Virus record (IMG/VR): IMGVR_UViG_3300033069_001378
Span: 1-64,000 of that record
Strand: one strand, 5' to 3'
DNA from: a virus
Taxonomy: Duplodnaviria; Caudoviricetes
DNA: 64,000 nucleotides
Part shown: one piece after another, positions 57,299-64,000 of the stretch
How positions within the stretch are numbered: position 1 is the stretch's first letter
How the letters are laid out: each line of letters starts with the position of its first letter
Notes under the pieces: model-generated
Databases searched by the model: none
What the model saw: the letters and a program-made list of their open reading frames with translations, nothing else
Told to the model about the DNA's origin: nothing
Program-made: the position numbers and the translations under genes

Positions 57299-58546
57299 AT
57301 GTCGAACAGCAACAACAAGCTACAGCCTCTTCTAGACTATTTGAACTCCCACTCTCTTGCAGAGCTTCGGGAGTTTCATGCTGTCCGTTACAAGGTTGTA
57401 GACCACCTTGTTACTCTTGCCTATCATCAGTTTGAGGCAAAGAACGATAACGAGATCACGAACTTGTGTCGTGGTTTGGTGATTGCTCGTGAGGATGGCT
57501 CGACGAACATCGACGAGAATGCTGTGTTTGGACCGGCAAAGGTTCTCGCATTTCCGTTCGTTCGTTTCTTCAACTATGGGCAGAACGCTTCTGTTGATGG
57601 TTCCCTTAAGCCTGTTCGTATCTACAACAAGCTTGATGGTACGTTGATTATCGTCTATTTCGATCCTTTCAAGGACTGCTGGAACGTTGCAACCCGTAAT
57701 GTCCCTGTCGGTTCTAACTTTGCGGATAACGCAACCCATTCTTTCCGTGAGCTTTTCGAGAAGGCAGTCTTGGAGTCGTATCCTTTCCTCAAGGATTGGG
57801 ATGGCTTTGGTTCGCGTCTTACGAAGGGAGTTACGTACGTCTTCGAGCTTATGACGCCTGAGAACATTGTTGTTATCAAGCATTCTGCTTACAAGGCAGC
57901 ATTGATTGGTGTTCGCGATGCAGATGGCAACGAGAAGTTTGCAGAGGACGTTGCCTTCGGTCTTGGCTTCGATTCTGCTGAGATTCATCATGATTTGCTT
58001 CGTGATTTCAAGAGTTTTGATGATCTCGTCAAGACTGCGAACACGCTCGATCCCTTGGTTCAGGAGGGTTATGTAATTCTTGCTGCTAACTGGCAGCGTC
58101 TTAAGATCAAGTCGGAGAAGTATTGTACCTTCAACAAGGTCCACGACTTCACGAAGTACGATATTCTCAACTATATCCTCACCGGGGAGATTGATGACCT
58201 GTATCCTATGATGCAGAATGAGTATCACCGTAACCTTACCCGCGATATTGCTGATAAGGTTGTTCTTTGGTCGAAGAACCTTGGGCATGAGCTTCATGCT
58301 TTGAATCAGATGACCTTTGATTCTCGTAAGGATCTTGCTCTCTTTCTTAATGGAAAAAATGGTAAGAATGCGTTGTACGCACCTTACGCTCGCGATATCT
58401 TCAATTCGTATATTGCCAACAACAATAACGGTAAGATCGGTATCGTTGAGGATGCTCAGGAGCTTGTGAAGCGGTTCCGCGATCCGAACACGGGTCGATA
58501 TCAGGATTCGTTCCTTCGAAACCTCTTCAATATGCCTGGATTCTGA
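57299..58546 (+). CDS. RNA ligase (T4 Rnl1-like)
   Basis: CRGLV, FPFVRFFNYGQ, KLDGTL, ATR, FEL..PEN, EGYV, RLKIKS. Confidence 0.88.
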   Translation: MSNSNNKLQPLLDYLNSHSLAELREFHAVRYKVVDHLVTLAYHQFEAKNDNEITNLCRGLVIAREDGSTNIDENAVFGPAKVLAFPFVRFFNYGQNASVDGSLKPVRIYNKLDGTLIIVYFDPFKDCWNVATRNVPVGSNFADNATHSFRELFEKAVLESYPFLKDWDGFGSRLTKGVTYVFELMTPENIVVIKHSAYKAALIGVRDADGNEKFAEDVAFGLGFDSAEIHHDLLRDFKSFDDLVKTANTLDPLVQEGYVILAANWQRLKIKSEKYCTFNKVHDFTKYDILNYILTGEIDDLYPMMQNEYHRNLTRDIADKVVLWSKNLGHELHALNQMTFDSRKDLALFLNGKNGKNALYAPYARDIFNSYIANNNNGKIGIVEDAQELVKRFRDPNTGRYQDSFLRNLFNMPGF

Positions 58547-58599
58547 GGAGAAAATATTTTCTCCGACTTGGTTTACATTTTCTAAAATTTAGGTATAAT
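58547..58599 (+). promoter_or_regulatory. early promoter with upstream 18-bp palindrome; leaderless
   Basis: GGAGAAAATATTTTCTCC, GTTTACA-16-TATAAT, 7 nt, ATG58607. Confidence 0.85.
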
Positions 58600-58606
58600 G
58601 AATCCT

Positions 58607-58789
58607 ATGCCAAACACAAACAGCCATTACCATGTTTACGGCGTCAATAGTGCTTGTTACAATTACGAGCATTTTGAGGAGGTTTTGGTAGCAACTTTTG
58701 CCTCCATTTATGAGGCAGAAGAGTATATTGCGGTTAACTGTAATACTGGAAAGTTCGACGAACTTTTTGTGAGAACTAAAAATGGCTGA
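58607..58789 (+). CDS. hypothetical protein
   Basis: start after promoter. Confidence 0.65.
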   Translation: MPNTNSHYHVYGVNSACYNYEHFEEVLVATFASIYEAEEYIAVNCNTGKFDELFVRTKNG

Positions 58790-59012
58790 ACCTCTATTCC
58801 CAAAGGCGTCTGTAAAGGAAATTGAAGAAGAGCGTAAGGACGCTATCTTCTACAAGAACCCTTACATGTACGATGTTTGCGAGCTTGCCCTTCTAGGCTT
58901 GCTTGCCAAGGAATTGCTTGAAAAGCGCGTGTTTGCTGGCGAGCTTGTTGAAAAGCTTGCCGAACTACAGGCAAAGCAGGAAGCCCGATCGGCAGAGAAG
59001 CCCCAAAAGTAG
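58782..59012 (+). CDS. hypothetical protein
   Basis: tiling ORF. Confidence 0.65.
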   Translation: MAEPLFPKASVKEIEEERKDAIFYKNPYMYDVCELALLGLLAKELLEKRVFAGELVEKLAELQAKQEARSAEKPQK

Positions 59013-59024
59013 GATCAAAAAGAA

Positions 59025-59207
59025 ATGTCCCAGACCAAAGAAGATCGAATTCGTAAGCAATACAAGGCACTTTGGCGACAAGCTACAAGTGAGTGGTCGA
59101 AGTCTTATATCATTTTCTTGCTTGCCCGACAGTGGAAAATGTCGTGTGGTGATATTCGATTCGCTCTAGAGCTTGAGCGTGAGCAACGTACTGGACGCCG
59201 AAAGTAA
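59025..59207 (+). CDS. small basic hypothetical protein
   Basis: AGGA SD. Confidence 0.6.
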   Translation: MSQTKEDRIRKQYKALWRQATSEWSKSYIIFLLARQWKMSCGDIRFALELEREQRTGRRK

Positions 59208-59217
59208 GGAAAAGACC

Positions 59218-59403
59218 ATGGATCTAAAGATTGTCGAGAAGCTGTTTCTGCTCTTGGTTAAGAGCCAGATTCGTCAGTGGGATTACGTTCTGGCTTCGAA
59301 TGAGAAGCTGCTCGATCGTTTCGAGCATGATCGTGAGTCTCGTGAGCTTTACGAGGAGCTAAAGGATAAGGTTAAGTACCTTGAGGATCGGATTAAGGCA
59401 TAG
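59218..59403 (+). CDS. small coiled-coil protein
   Basis: AAGGA SD before ATG59218. Confidence 0.65.
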   Translation: MDLKIVEKLFLLLVKSQIRQWDYVLASNEKLLDRFEHDRESRELYEELKDKVKYLEDRIKA

Positions 59404-59408
59404 TAGTC

Positions 59409-59744
59409 ATGGTAGCAAATCTAAAGAATAAGCTAAGTTCTGAGCCAGTTAAGCTCAGCCCTGAGCAAGTAGCAGAAATCGTACTGGCTTTAAAGGCTAG
59501 ATATGAGCTAATCTCCAATGCAGAGGAGTCACTTTATCACAAGATGAAGGATGTTGCAGACCGCAAGGTAAAGGCAACCGCTCTTGTTTCGCAGGAAAAT
59601 CGCGGCGCTGTAGCTGCTTTGTTTGAGCTTGAAGAGAAGAAGGCGGAAGCTTTGTATCTTGAGCACACGAATAAGGTTTATGCACTGGAAGACTTGCGAA
59701 GCTTGTTTGAGCGAGCTTCAAGCGTGGAAATCGCTAAAAAGTAG
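59409..59744 (+). CDS. helical hypothetical protein
   Basis: tiling ORF. Confidence 0.65.
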   Translation: MVANLKNKLSSEPVKLSPEQVAEIVLALKARYELISNAEESLYHKMKDVADRKVKATALVSQENRGAVAALFELEEKKAEALYLEHTNKVYALEDLRSLFERASSVEIAKK

Positions 59745-59755
59745 AGCAAAAAGAT

Positions 59756-59797
59756 TTTATCCATAACGGTTTACATTATGGATAAATTTGCTATAAT
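59756..59797 (+). promoter_or_regulatory. early promoter with 11-bp inverted repeat; leaderless
   Basis: TTTATCCATAA-cgGTTTACA-TTATGGATAAA, TGcTATAAT, 6 nt, ATG59804. Confidence 0.88.
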
Positions 59798-59803
59798 GGT
59801 TCT

Positions 59804-60088
59804 ATGTCCAACACTACCGCACCACTCTTCACCACTCTCGCTGATCCTTCGAACGACACCAACCCGGAGAGTGTCTTTTTCGGAATTTCCATTCTTCCCA
59901 TCGACGCTTTTTATGATTGGAAGAATTGGTCCGAGCCGCAACGGGCAGTTTACCTTGTGCGTTTGCAAAACTACGAAATGCATCGCGCTTTGCAGGAGGA
60001 TCGGTTCAATCTCAACGAGACGATCAACAAGTGCATCGAAGTTCGCGATCGGTTCGCTGCAATCTATCTTGCCAGTAAGTCTGCCTGA
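59804..60088 (+). CDS. hypothetical protein
   Basis: start after promoter. Confidence 0.7.
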   Translation: MSNTTAPLFTTLADPSNDTNPESVFFGISILPIDAFYDWKNWSEPQRAVYLVRLQNYEMHRALQEDRFNLNETINKCIEVRDRFAAIYLASKSA

Positions 60089-60110
60089 AAATACAGGAAG
60101 AAAATAAATC

Positions 60111-60152
60111 TTCCATATCTCGGTTTACATTTTGGAAATTGTCTGGTAGTAT
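60111..60152 (+). promoter_or_regulatory. early promoter (leadered)
   Basis: TTCCA...GTTTACA...TGGAA, 17 nt, TGg-TAGTAT. Confidence 0.75.
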
Positions 60153-60187
60153 CTAAGAACAATCAAAAGAGAGCAAGAGAGCCAAGA

Positions 60188-60589
60188 ATGAGTTTCCAAA
60201 AGAACATTGTCGCTGCCCTTTCCAATCTCACCGAGAATGGTCTTACGATCAAGAGCGTGGATTGGCAGACTGGTGAAATCCGCTGCGTCGTGAAGAGCGA
60301 CAACGGTTTCACGTATGAGACTCCGAGCAACGTCCCGGCTGATGAACCGTTCGATCCGCGTATCATCGGTCCCACTCGCAAGCATGGCTTTGCCCCTTCT
60401 GGAAACAATTGGGGACGTGAAACTGGTCCGCTGACTCTTGAAGAGTACAAGGTTTGCGCGAGCAACGTCCAAGGTCGATCTGCAAAGATTGAAGCAATCA
60501 AGTTTGTCCGACGGGAGCGCGGCATCGGGCTAGGCGAGGCAAAGCGATTCGTGGAAGCGAACTACGACTTTCCCACTCACACTTATTGA
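60188..60589 (+). CDS. protein with C-terminal ribosomal L7/L12-CTD-like motif
   Basis: KIEAIKFVRRERGIGLGEAKRFVE. Confidence 0.7.
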   Translation: MSFQKNIVAALSNLTENGLTIKSVDWQTGEIRCVVKSDNGFTYETPSNVPADEPFDPRIIGPTRKHGFAPSGNNWGRETGPLTLEEYKVCASNVQGRSAKIEAIKFVRRERGIGLGEAKRFVEANYDFPTHTY

Positions 60590-60621
60590 TTTTACTCCAC
60601 GACGAAAGAAAGACAACAATC

Positions 60622-60981
60622 ATGGCAAATTCCCTTTTCGAGAAGATTGAGTCGGATGCCCTGTCGAAGATCGACGCCATCGATGCCGAGTTTGAGAAGT
60701 TCTCGGCACTGGAAAAGGAAGTCAACGAGATTTGTGATCTCTATCTTGATGGAACCTCTTTCCGTAACGGAGAAGAGTTCGACCTTGCACTAGCTCGGGC
60801 TTACGAGCGGTTTGGTGTGACCGAGGCTGATTTTCAAATCTGGTGCCAACGCCAGGATCAAGCGGAGCTTGATGATCTAGAGCGAGATCGAATCCTCTCG
60901 CAACAGGAACTTTCGGATTTCGCGCAGGACGATGATGTTTTCGCGCGTGGAGATTACGACGCTTTCGATGGATGGGATTGA
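60622..60981 (+). CDS. acidic hypothetical protein
   Basis: ATG60622; very acidic C-terminus. Confidence 0.7.
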   Translation: MANSLFEKIESDALSKIDAIDAEFEKFSALEKEVNEICDLYLDGTSFRNGEEFDLALARAYERFGVTEADFQIWCQRQDQAELDDLERDRILSQQELSDFAQDDDVFARGDYDAFDGWD

Positions 60982-60987
60982 TTCATT

Positions 60988-61269
60988 ATGAAGAATAAGA
61001 TTTTTGGTTTTTTCATTGCGTGTTTGCTTCTTACGCTGCCACTTTCGGCAGGTTGTGAGCCAGCTCCGATGATCGCGCAGCGCGTCCTCGAAGACGAGGG
61101 GTTTGTGAATATCCAGTTGACCGGATATGAGTTTGCTTCCTGTTCCGATTCGGATGGTACAAACACAGGATTTACGGCAACTCGCATTATGCCCGATGGC
61201 ACTCGTCGAAATGTTTCTGGTGTCGTTTGTTGTGGTTTGTTTTTGAAGGCTTGCACTGTTCGACACTGA
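60988..61269 (+). CDS. putative phage lipoprotein
   Basis: signal peptide with LSAGC lipobox; TGY...CS..D...TGF.A...SGVVCCG. Confidence 0.75.
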   Translation: MKNKIFGFFIACLLLTLPLSAGCEPAPMIAQRVLEDEGFVNIQLTGYEFASCSDSDGTNTGFTATRIMPDGTRRNVSGVVCCGLFLKACTVRH

Positions 61270-61280
61270 GAAAGACTTTT

Positions 61281-61547
61281 ATGAAAAAGTACACGGAAGT
61301 CTATTTGGAGCGGAAGCAGGTTCAATGCATTCTTGTTGAATCGGATGTTGATGCAACAGAGCAAGAAGTTCTAGAAACTGCTGAATTGTACGTCAATGCA
61401 TCGATCTCGTATCCTCAAGTTCAATATTCTGCCGTGGGACGCGGCAACAGCCAACTTACTAGCAATCCAGATAAGTTCATTCCAGATTTCAAAAATTGGA
61501 TACTAGCCAAGACTCTTTCTGCGGAAGAGAAAAGGGCTAAAGAATGA
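61281..61547 (+). CDS. hypothetical protein
   Basis: ATG61281. Confidence 0.6.
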   Translation: MKKYTEVYLERKQVQCILVESDVDATEQEVLETAELYVNASISYPQVQYSAVGRGNSQLTSNPDKFIPDFKNWILAKTLSAEEKRAKE

Positions 61548-61825
61548 GTAACTCTTATTCTCACTGGAACTATCGCGTACTCCAGCGCATTGATTCTAAA
61601 AGCGGAGAGCCATCTTTCGGAGTGCATGAGGTTTACTACGATAGCGTTACCGGACTTCCATCGTCATACTCAAGTGAACCGATAGATCCTTATGGCTCTA
61701 CTCTTGAAGAGCTACAAGCAGAATTGGAAAGATTTCAAAAGGCACTTTCCTTGCCGGTACTAACTGCCGAAAATCCTTTTCGCAAACAAGCTTCTTACCT
61801 TAACGAAAGGGAAATAGGCGACTAG
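61544..61825 (+). CDS. conserved phage hypothetical protein
   Basis: HWNYRV...GVHEVYYD...TLEELQAEL...PVL. Confidence 0.75.
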   Translation: MSNSYSHWNYRVLQRIDSKSGEPSFGVHEVYYDSVTGLPSSYSSEPIDPYGSTLEELQAELERFQKALSLPVLTAENPFRKQASYLNEREIGD

Positions 61826-61881
61826 CAGAGCTTTGACACGTTTTGCTAGGCGATCAAAAACAAATATATAAGAAAAGTGAC

Positions 61882-62046
61882 GCCAACATACCAGTGGTTT
61901 GATTCCACTCCCCGTAAATGGGTATTGATCTTGTAGTGCTTGGCTAACTTACACAATCGAAAATATTTGATTTTTGGTTTTACAACAGAGCCCTTCTACT
62001 GGCATAGCGGGGTCAAAAAGTAAGGGGCATATGCCAGTATGCCCTT
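61882..62046 (+). other. structured intergenic region (candidate ncRNA or switch)
   Basis: nested stems GCCAA/TTGGC, ATACC/GGTAT, AGTGG-TTTGATT-CCACT; alternative stems TACTGGCATA/TATGCCAGTA and GGGCATA/TATGCCC. Confidence 0.35.
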
Positions 62047-62086
62047 TTCGCCTATTTTTGTAGGGGAAAAAATCTTCTCCGATTTG

Positions 62087-62115
62087 GTTTACATATCGAA
62101 AATATTTGCTATAAT
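62087..62115 (+). promoter_or_regulatory. early promoter (leadered)
   Basis: GTTTACA-16-TATAAT with TGc; GAGGG SD before ATG62147. Confidence 0.85.
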
Positions 62116-62146
62116 GAGTGTATACCGAAGAGAGGGAATCCAACCG

Positions 62147-62518
62147 ATGCCTGCCAACATTGCCAAGCTCAACCAGACCGTTTTTGTTTCCGTCTATGGG
62201 CAGCCTGTGACGTGGCACGGCACCGTGATTAAGGTTACAAAGCGTGCCTTGACGGTTGAATGGTTTGGCTTCCGCGACGAGCGAAATGTTGCGGATTTCA
62301 CCCTCCGTGCCGATGGCAGGTACGAGTATACCAAAAAGCGCGGCAAGGCAACGAATTATCGTTTTGCCACTTCGTATACCTTGAAGTTCCGTAAGGAACG
62401 AATCACTCCGACCATTGCCAATCTAAAGCAGAAAATTTCTGTTCTAGAGGCAGAAAATGCTAAGCTCAAGGAAGAGCTTAAGCGAGCAAACTTTTTTGCT
62501 CAAGCTAACGTTCGCTGA
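62147..62518 (+). CDS. hypothetical protein with coiled-coil tail
   Basis: ORF 62039..62518, start moved to ATG62147. Confidence 0.7.
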   Translation: MPANIAKLNQTVFVSVYGQPVTWHGTVIKVTKRALTVEWFGFRDERNVADFTLRADGRYEYTKKRGKATNYRFATSYTLKFRKERITPTIANLKQKISVLEAENAKLKEELKRANFFAQANVR

Positions 62519-62539
62519 ATTTAGAAAGGTACAGAGAAA

Positions 62540-62887
62540 ATGCCCTGCACGTATTTTGAGACTGCCGAAGAGAAGGCTGAGAACGCTCGCAAGGATCGTG
62601 CGAAGACGATCAAGCCTTTGAAGGATCAAGTCAATACCCTTACTGCCCTGCTTTGCGAGGCTACCAAGGTGCTTGCTGACACTCCCGCAACGGATGAGGA
62701 CGGCAAGTTTTACGGAAACGTCAAGCTGCTCGACAAGTGTAGTGCCAATCTTCGCGGCTGGCACAAGAACCATGCCAAGGCTGATGTTGAGCGAAAGCAG
62801 GCTGCAACCGAGAAGCTGATTCAGGCTGCGCAGGATCTTGGCTACAATATCGACGATGCTCGCGTCCTTCGCAACCTCTTGAAGTGA
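62540..62887 (+). CDS. conserved phage hypothetical protein
   Basis: MPC...LTALLCEA...WHKNHAKAD. Confidence 0.75.
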   Translation: MPCTYFETAEEKAENARKDRAKTIKPLKDQVNTLTALLCEATKVLADTPATDEDGKFYGNVKLLDKCSANLRGWHKNHAKADVERKQAATEKLIQAAQDLGYNIDDARVLRNLLK

Positions 62888-62896
62888 GATAACATT

Positions 62897-63124
62897 ATGG
62901 AACATCTATTCGCGCTCGTCATTGCTGTCCTAGCTGCCATTTTCGGTATTCAGGCAGCATTCGGTCTTCTGTTTAGCCTTGTCATTCTTGGCATTTTTGC
63001 CTTCAACGTTGATGGAGGAAAGCTTTTCTCCGCTCCCATTGCCTTGCTTGTCTTCCTTGTCGAAGGTGGAATTGTTTGTACGGCATGGTACGTCTTCAAT
63101 GAGTGCCTGCCTTACTTGTCCTGA
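62897..63124 (+). CDS. small membrane protein
   Basis: two hydrophobic helices. Confidence 0.65.
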   Translation: MEHLFALVIAVLAAIFGIQAAFGLLFSLVILGIFAFNVDGGKLFSAPIALLVFLVEGGIVCTAWYVFNECLPYLS

Positions 63125-63148
63125 CAAAAAAGAATAATCCAACAAGCA

Positions 63149-63178
63149 GTTTACATAACCGTATCATCCGTATAAGAT
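63149..63178 (+). promoter_or_regulatory. early promoter; leaderless
   Basis: GTTTACA-17-TAAGAT, 7 nt, ATG63186. Confidence 0.8.
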
Positions 63179-63185
63179 AAACAGT

Positions 63186-63392
63186 ATGTCAATCAAGCCT
63201 ACCGACAAGTACAGCGTTACCAAGTTCTACACCCGTGAGGATGACGAGGATGACTATTCTTCCTCGTCTCAGGGAAGCAAGTTCTCAAGTAACGACCGTG
63301 ATTTCTATAACCGTTCTAAGGACCGCAAGGGACGAGGGCGACAGAACGACCGACGTAACCGAAGGAATGCCAAGGAAAGCTTCCTGGGCTGA
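63186..63392 (+). CDS. small charged, disordered protein
   Basis: acidic patch then Arg-rich tail. Confidence 0.7.
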   Translation: MSIKPTDKYSVTKFYTREDDEDDYSSSSQGSKFSSNDRDFYNRSKDRKGRGRQNDRRNRRNAKESFLG

Positions 63393-63398
63393 TTAAAC

Positions 63399-63509
63399 AT
63401 GCTTCTAGATTCCGTTATTACATTCGACGCAAACAAAGCAATCGACTCCGTGTGTCTATTGTTTACTATCTTGGGAATGTTCTTGTTTTACTACAAGCTA
63501 TCAGAGTGA
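63399..63509 (+). CDS. small membrane peptide (36 aa)
   Basis: MLLDSVITFDANKAIDSVCLLFTILGMFLFYYKLSE*. Confidence 0.4.
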   Translation: MLLDSVITFDANKAIDSVCLLFTILGMFLFYYKLSE

Positions 63510-63521
63510 GGCACAAACAAA

Positions 63522-63776
63522 ATGACCGTACAAGACTTTTCCGTCTTCTTCCTGTTTTGTTTCGTTTACATTGTTTTGGCTTATGGTCGAGGCAAGCGAA
63601 ACTACTTTGCCGAAGTCGTTACTGATTTTCTTCTTGTAATAATTATCGGTTCTTTCCTTACCCACTACTCTCCATCCGTTTCGGATACACTACACGGCGT
63701 AGTTTTGTCACTTACCCTTGGAGTAGGTATGGTTGTTCGCCTTGTCGTTTCTGACCAAGAGGAAAAGTGCCGCTGA
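63522..63776 (+). CDS. membrane protein
   Basis: GAGG SD, three hydrophobic segments. Confidence 0.65.
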   Translation: MTVQDFSVFFLFCFVYIVLAYGRGKRNYFAEVVTDFLLVIIIGSFLTHYSPSVSDTLHGVVLSLTLGVGMVVRLVVSDQEEKCR

Positions 63777-64000
63777 TGACAACAACCTCCGCAAAGGATA
63801 TTCTCGTAACTGCCAAGTCTCTTCTCGAAGAGAAGGGTTGGACTCAAGGTTATTACGCACGAGATATTTACAATGATCGGCTTGCACCTTGGAAGCAAGA
63901 GGCAGTCTGTTTCTGCACCGTTGGAGCCTTGATTCGCGTTTCCGGTGAACTCCGCTTTCAGATTGCTCACGGCAACGAGACAAAGAATCTCTCTTTGTTT
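63776..64000 (+). CDS. DUF6197-like phage protein (partial, runs off window)
   Basis: MTTTSAKDILVTAKSLLEEKGWTQGYY...CFCTVGAL. Confidence 0.6.
   Translation, partial: MTTTSAKDILVTAKSLLEEKGWTQGYYARDIYNDRLAPWKQEAVCFCTVGALIRVSGELRFQIAHGNETKNLSLF

Noticed and set aside
57332-58297. 321-aa antisense ORF
   Set aside because: Shadow of the Rnl1-like ligase, caused by codon bias.
61893-61909. Possible tRNA
   Set aside because: Only a T-arm-like hairpin; no acceptor, D or anticodon arms in register.
466-62146. Similar N-termini MLVYIMEIFAI / MLVYILDIFAI / MVYILDIL / LVYISKIFAI in ORF-track proteins
   Set aside because: These are translations of the repeated promoter DNA, not a protein family; true starts lie downstream.
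1-64000. CRISPR array or diversity-generating retroelement
   Set aside because: No regularly spaced repeats, reverse transcriptase or TR/VR pair seen; the recurring motifs are dispersed promoters.
1-64000. Stop-codon reassignment
   Set aside because: Core genes are full length in the standard code, and TAA, TAG and TGA all act as stops.

Overview
A 64-kb segment of a large (jumbo-type) lytic dsDNA phage using the standard genetic code; no tRNA, rRNA or CRISPR array was seen. Core genes: class II ribonucleotide reductase with an HNH-containing intein, DnaB-like helicase, RecA/UvsX, gp32-like SSB, a stand-alone 5'-3' exonuclease, a minimal family-A polymerase, ATP-dependent DNA ligase, ThyX, dUTPase, GroES, two adenine methyltransferases, and a tail module (tape measure and baseplate-like genes). 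Accessory genes include RNA-repair enzymes, a small alarmone hydrolase, peptide deformylase and many small hypotheticals. Four features stand out. (1) About 17 T4-early-like promoters (GTTTACA-16/17-TATAAT); about 12 place the ATG only 6-9 nt after the -10 box (leaderless mRNAs), and several have the -35 inside a co-varying inverted repeat. (2) Two plus-strand islands of otherwise unrelated late proteins share an MK(L/I)TxxxLKxxI(R/K)E leader, a candidate capsid-targeting cassette. (3) An HNH homing-endonuclease gene has split off the DNA ligase 5' end and supplies a replacement N-terminus. (4) The RNR intein ends in Gln. All functional calls come from motif recognition by eye; no database searches were run.
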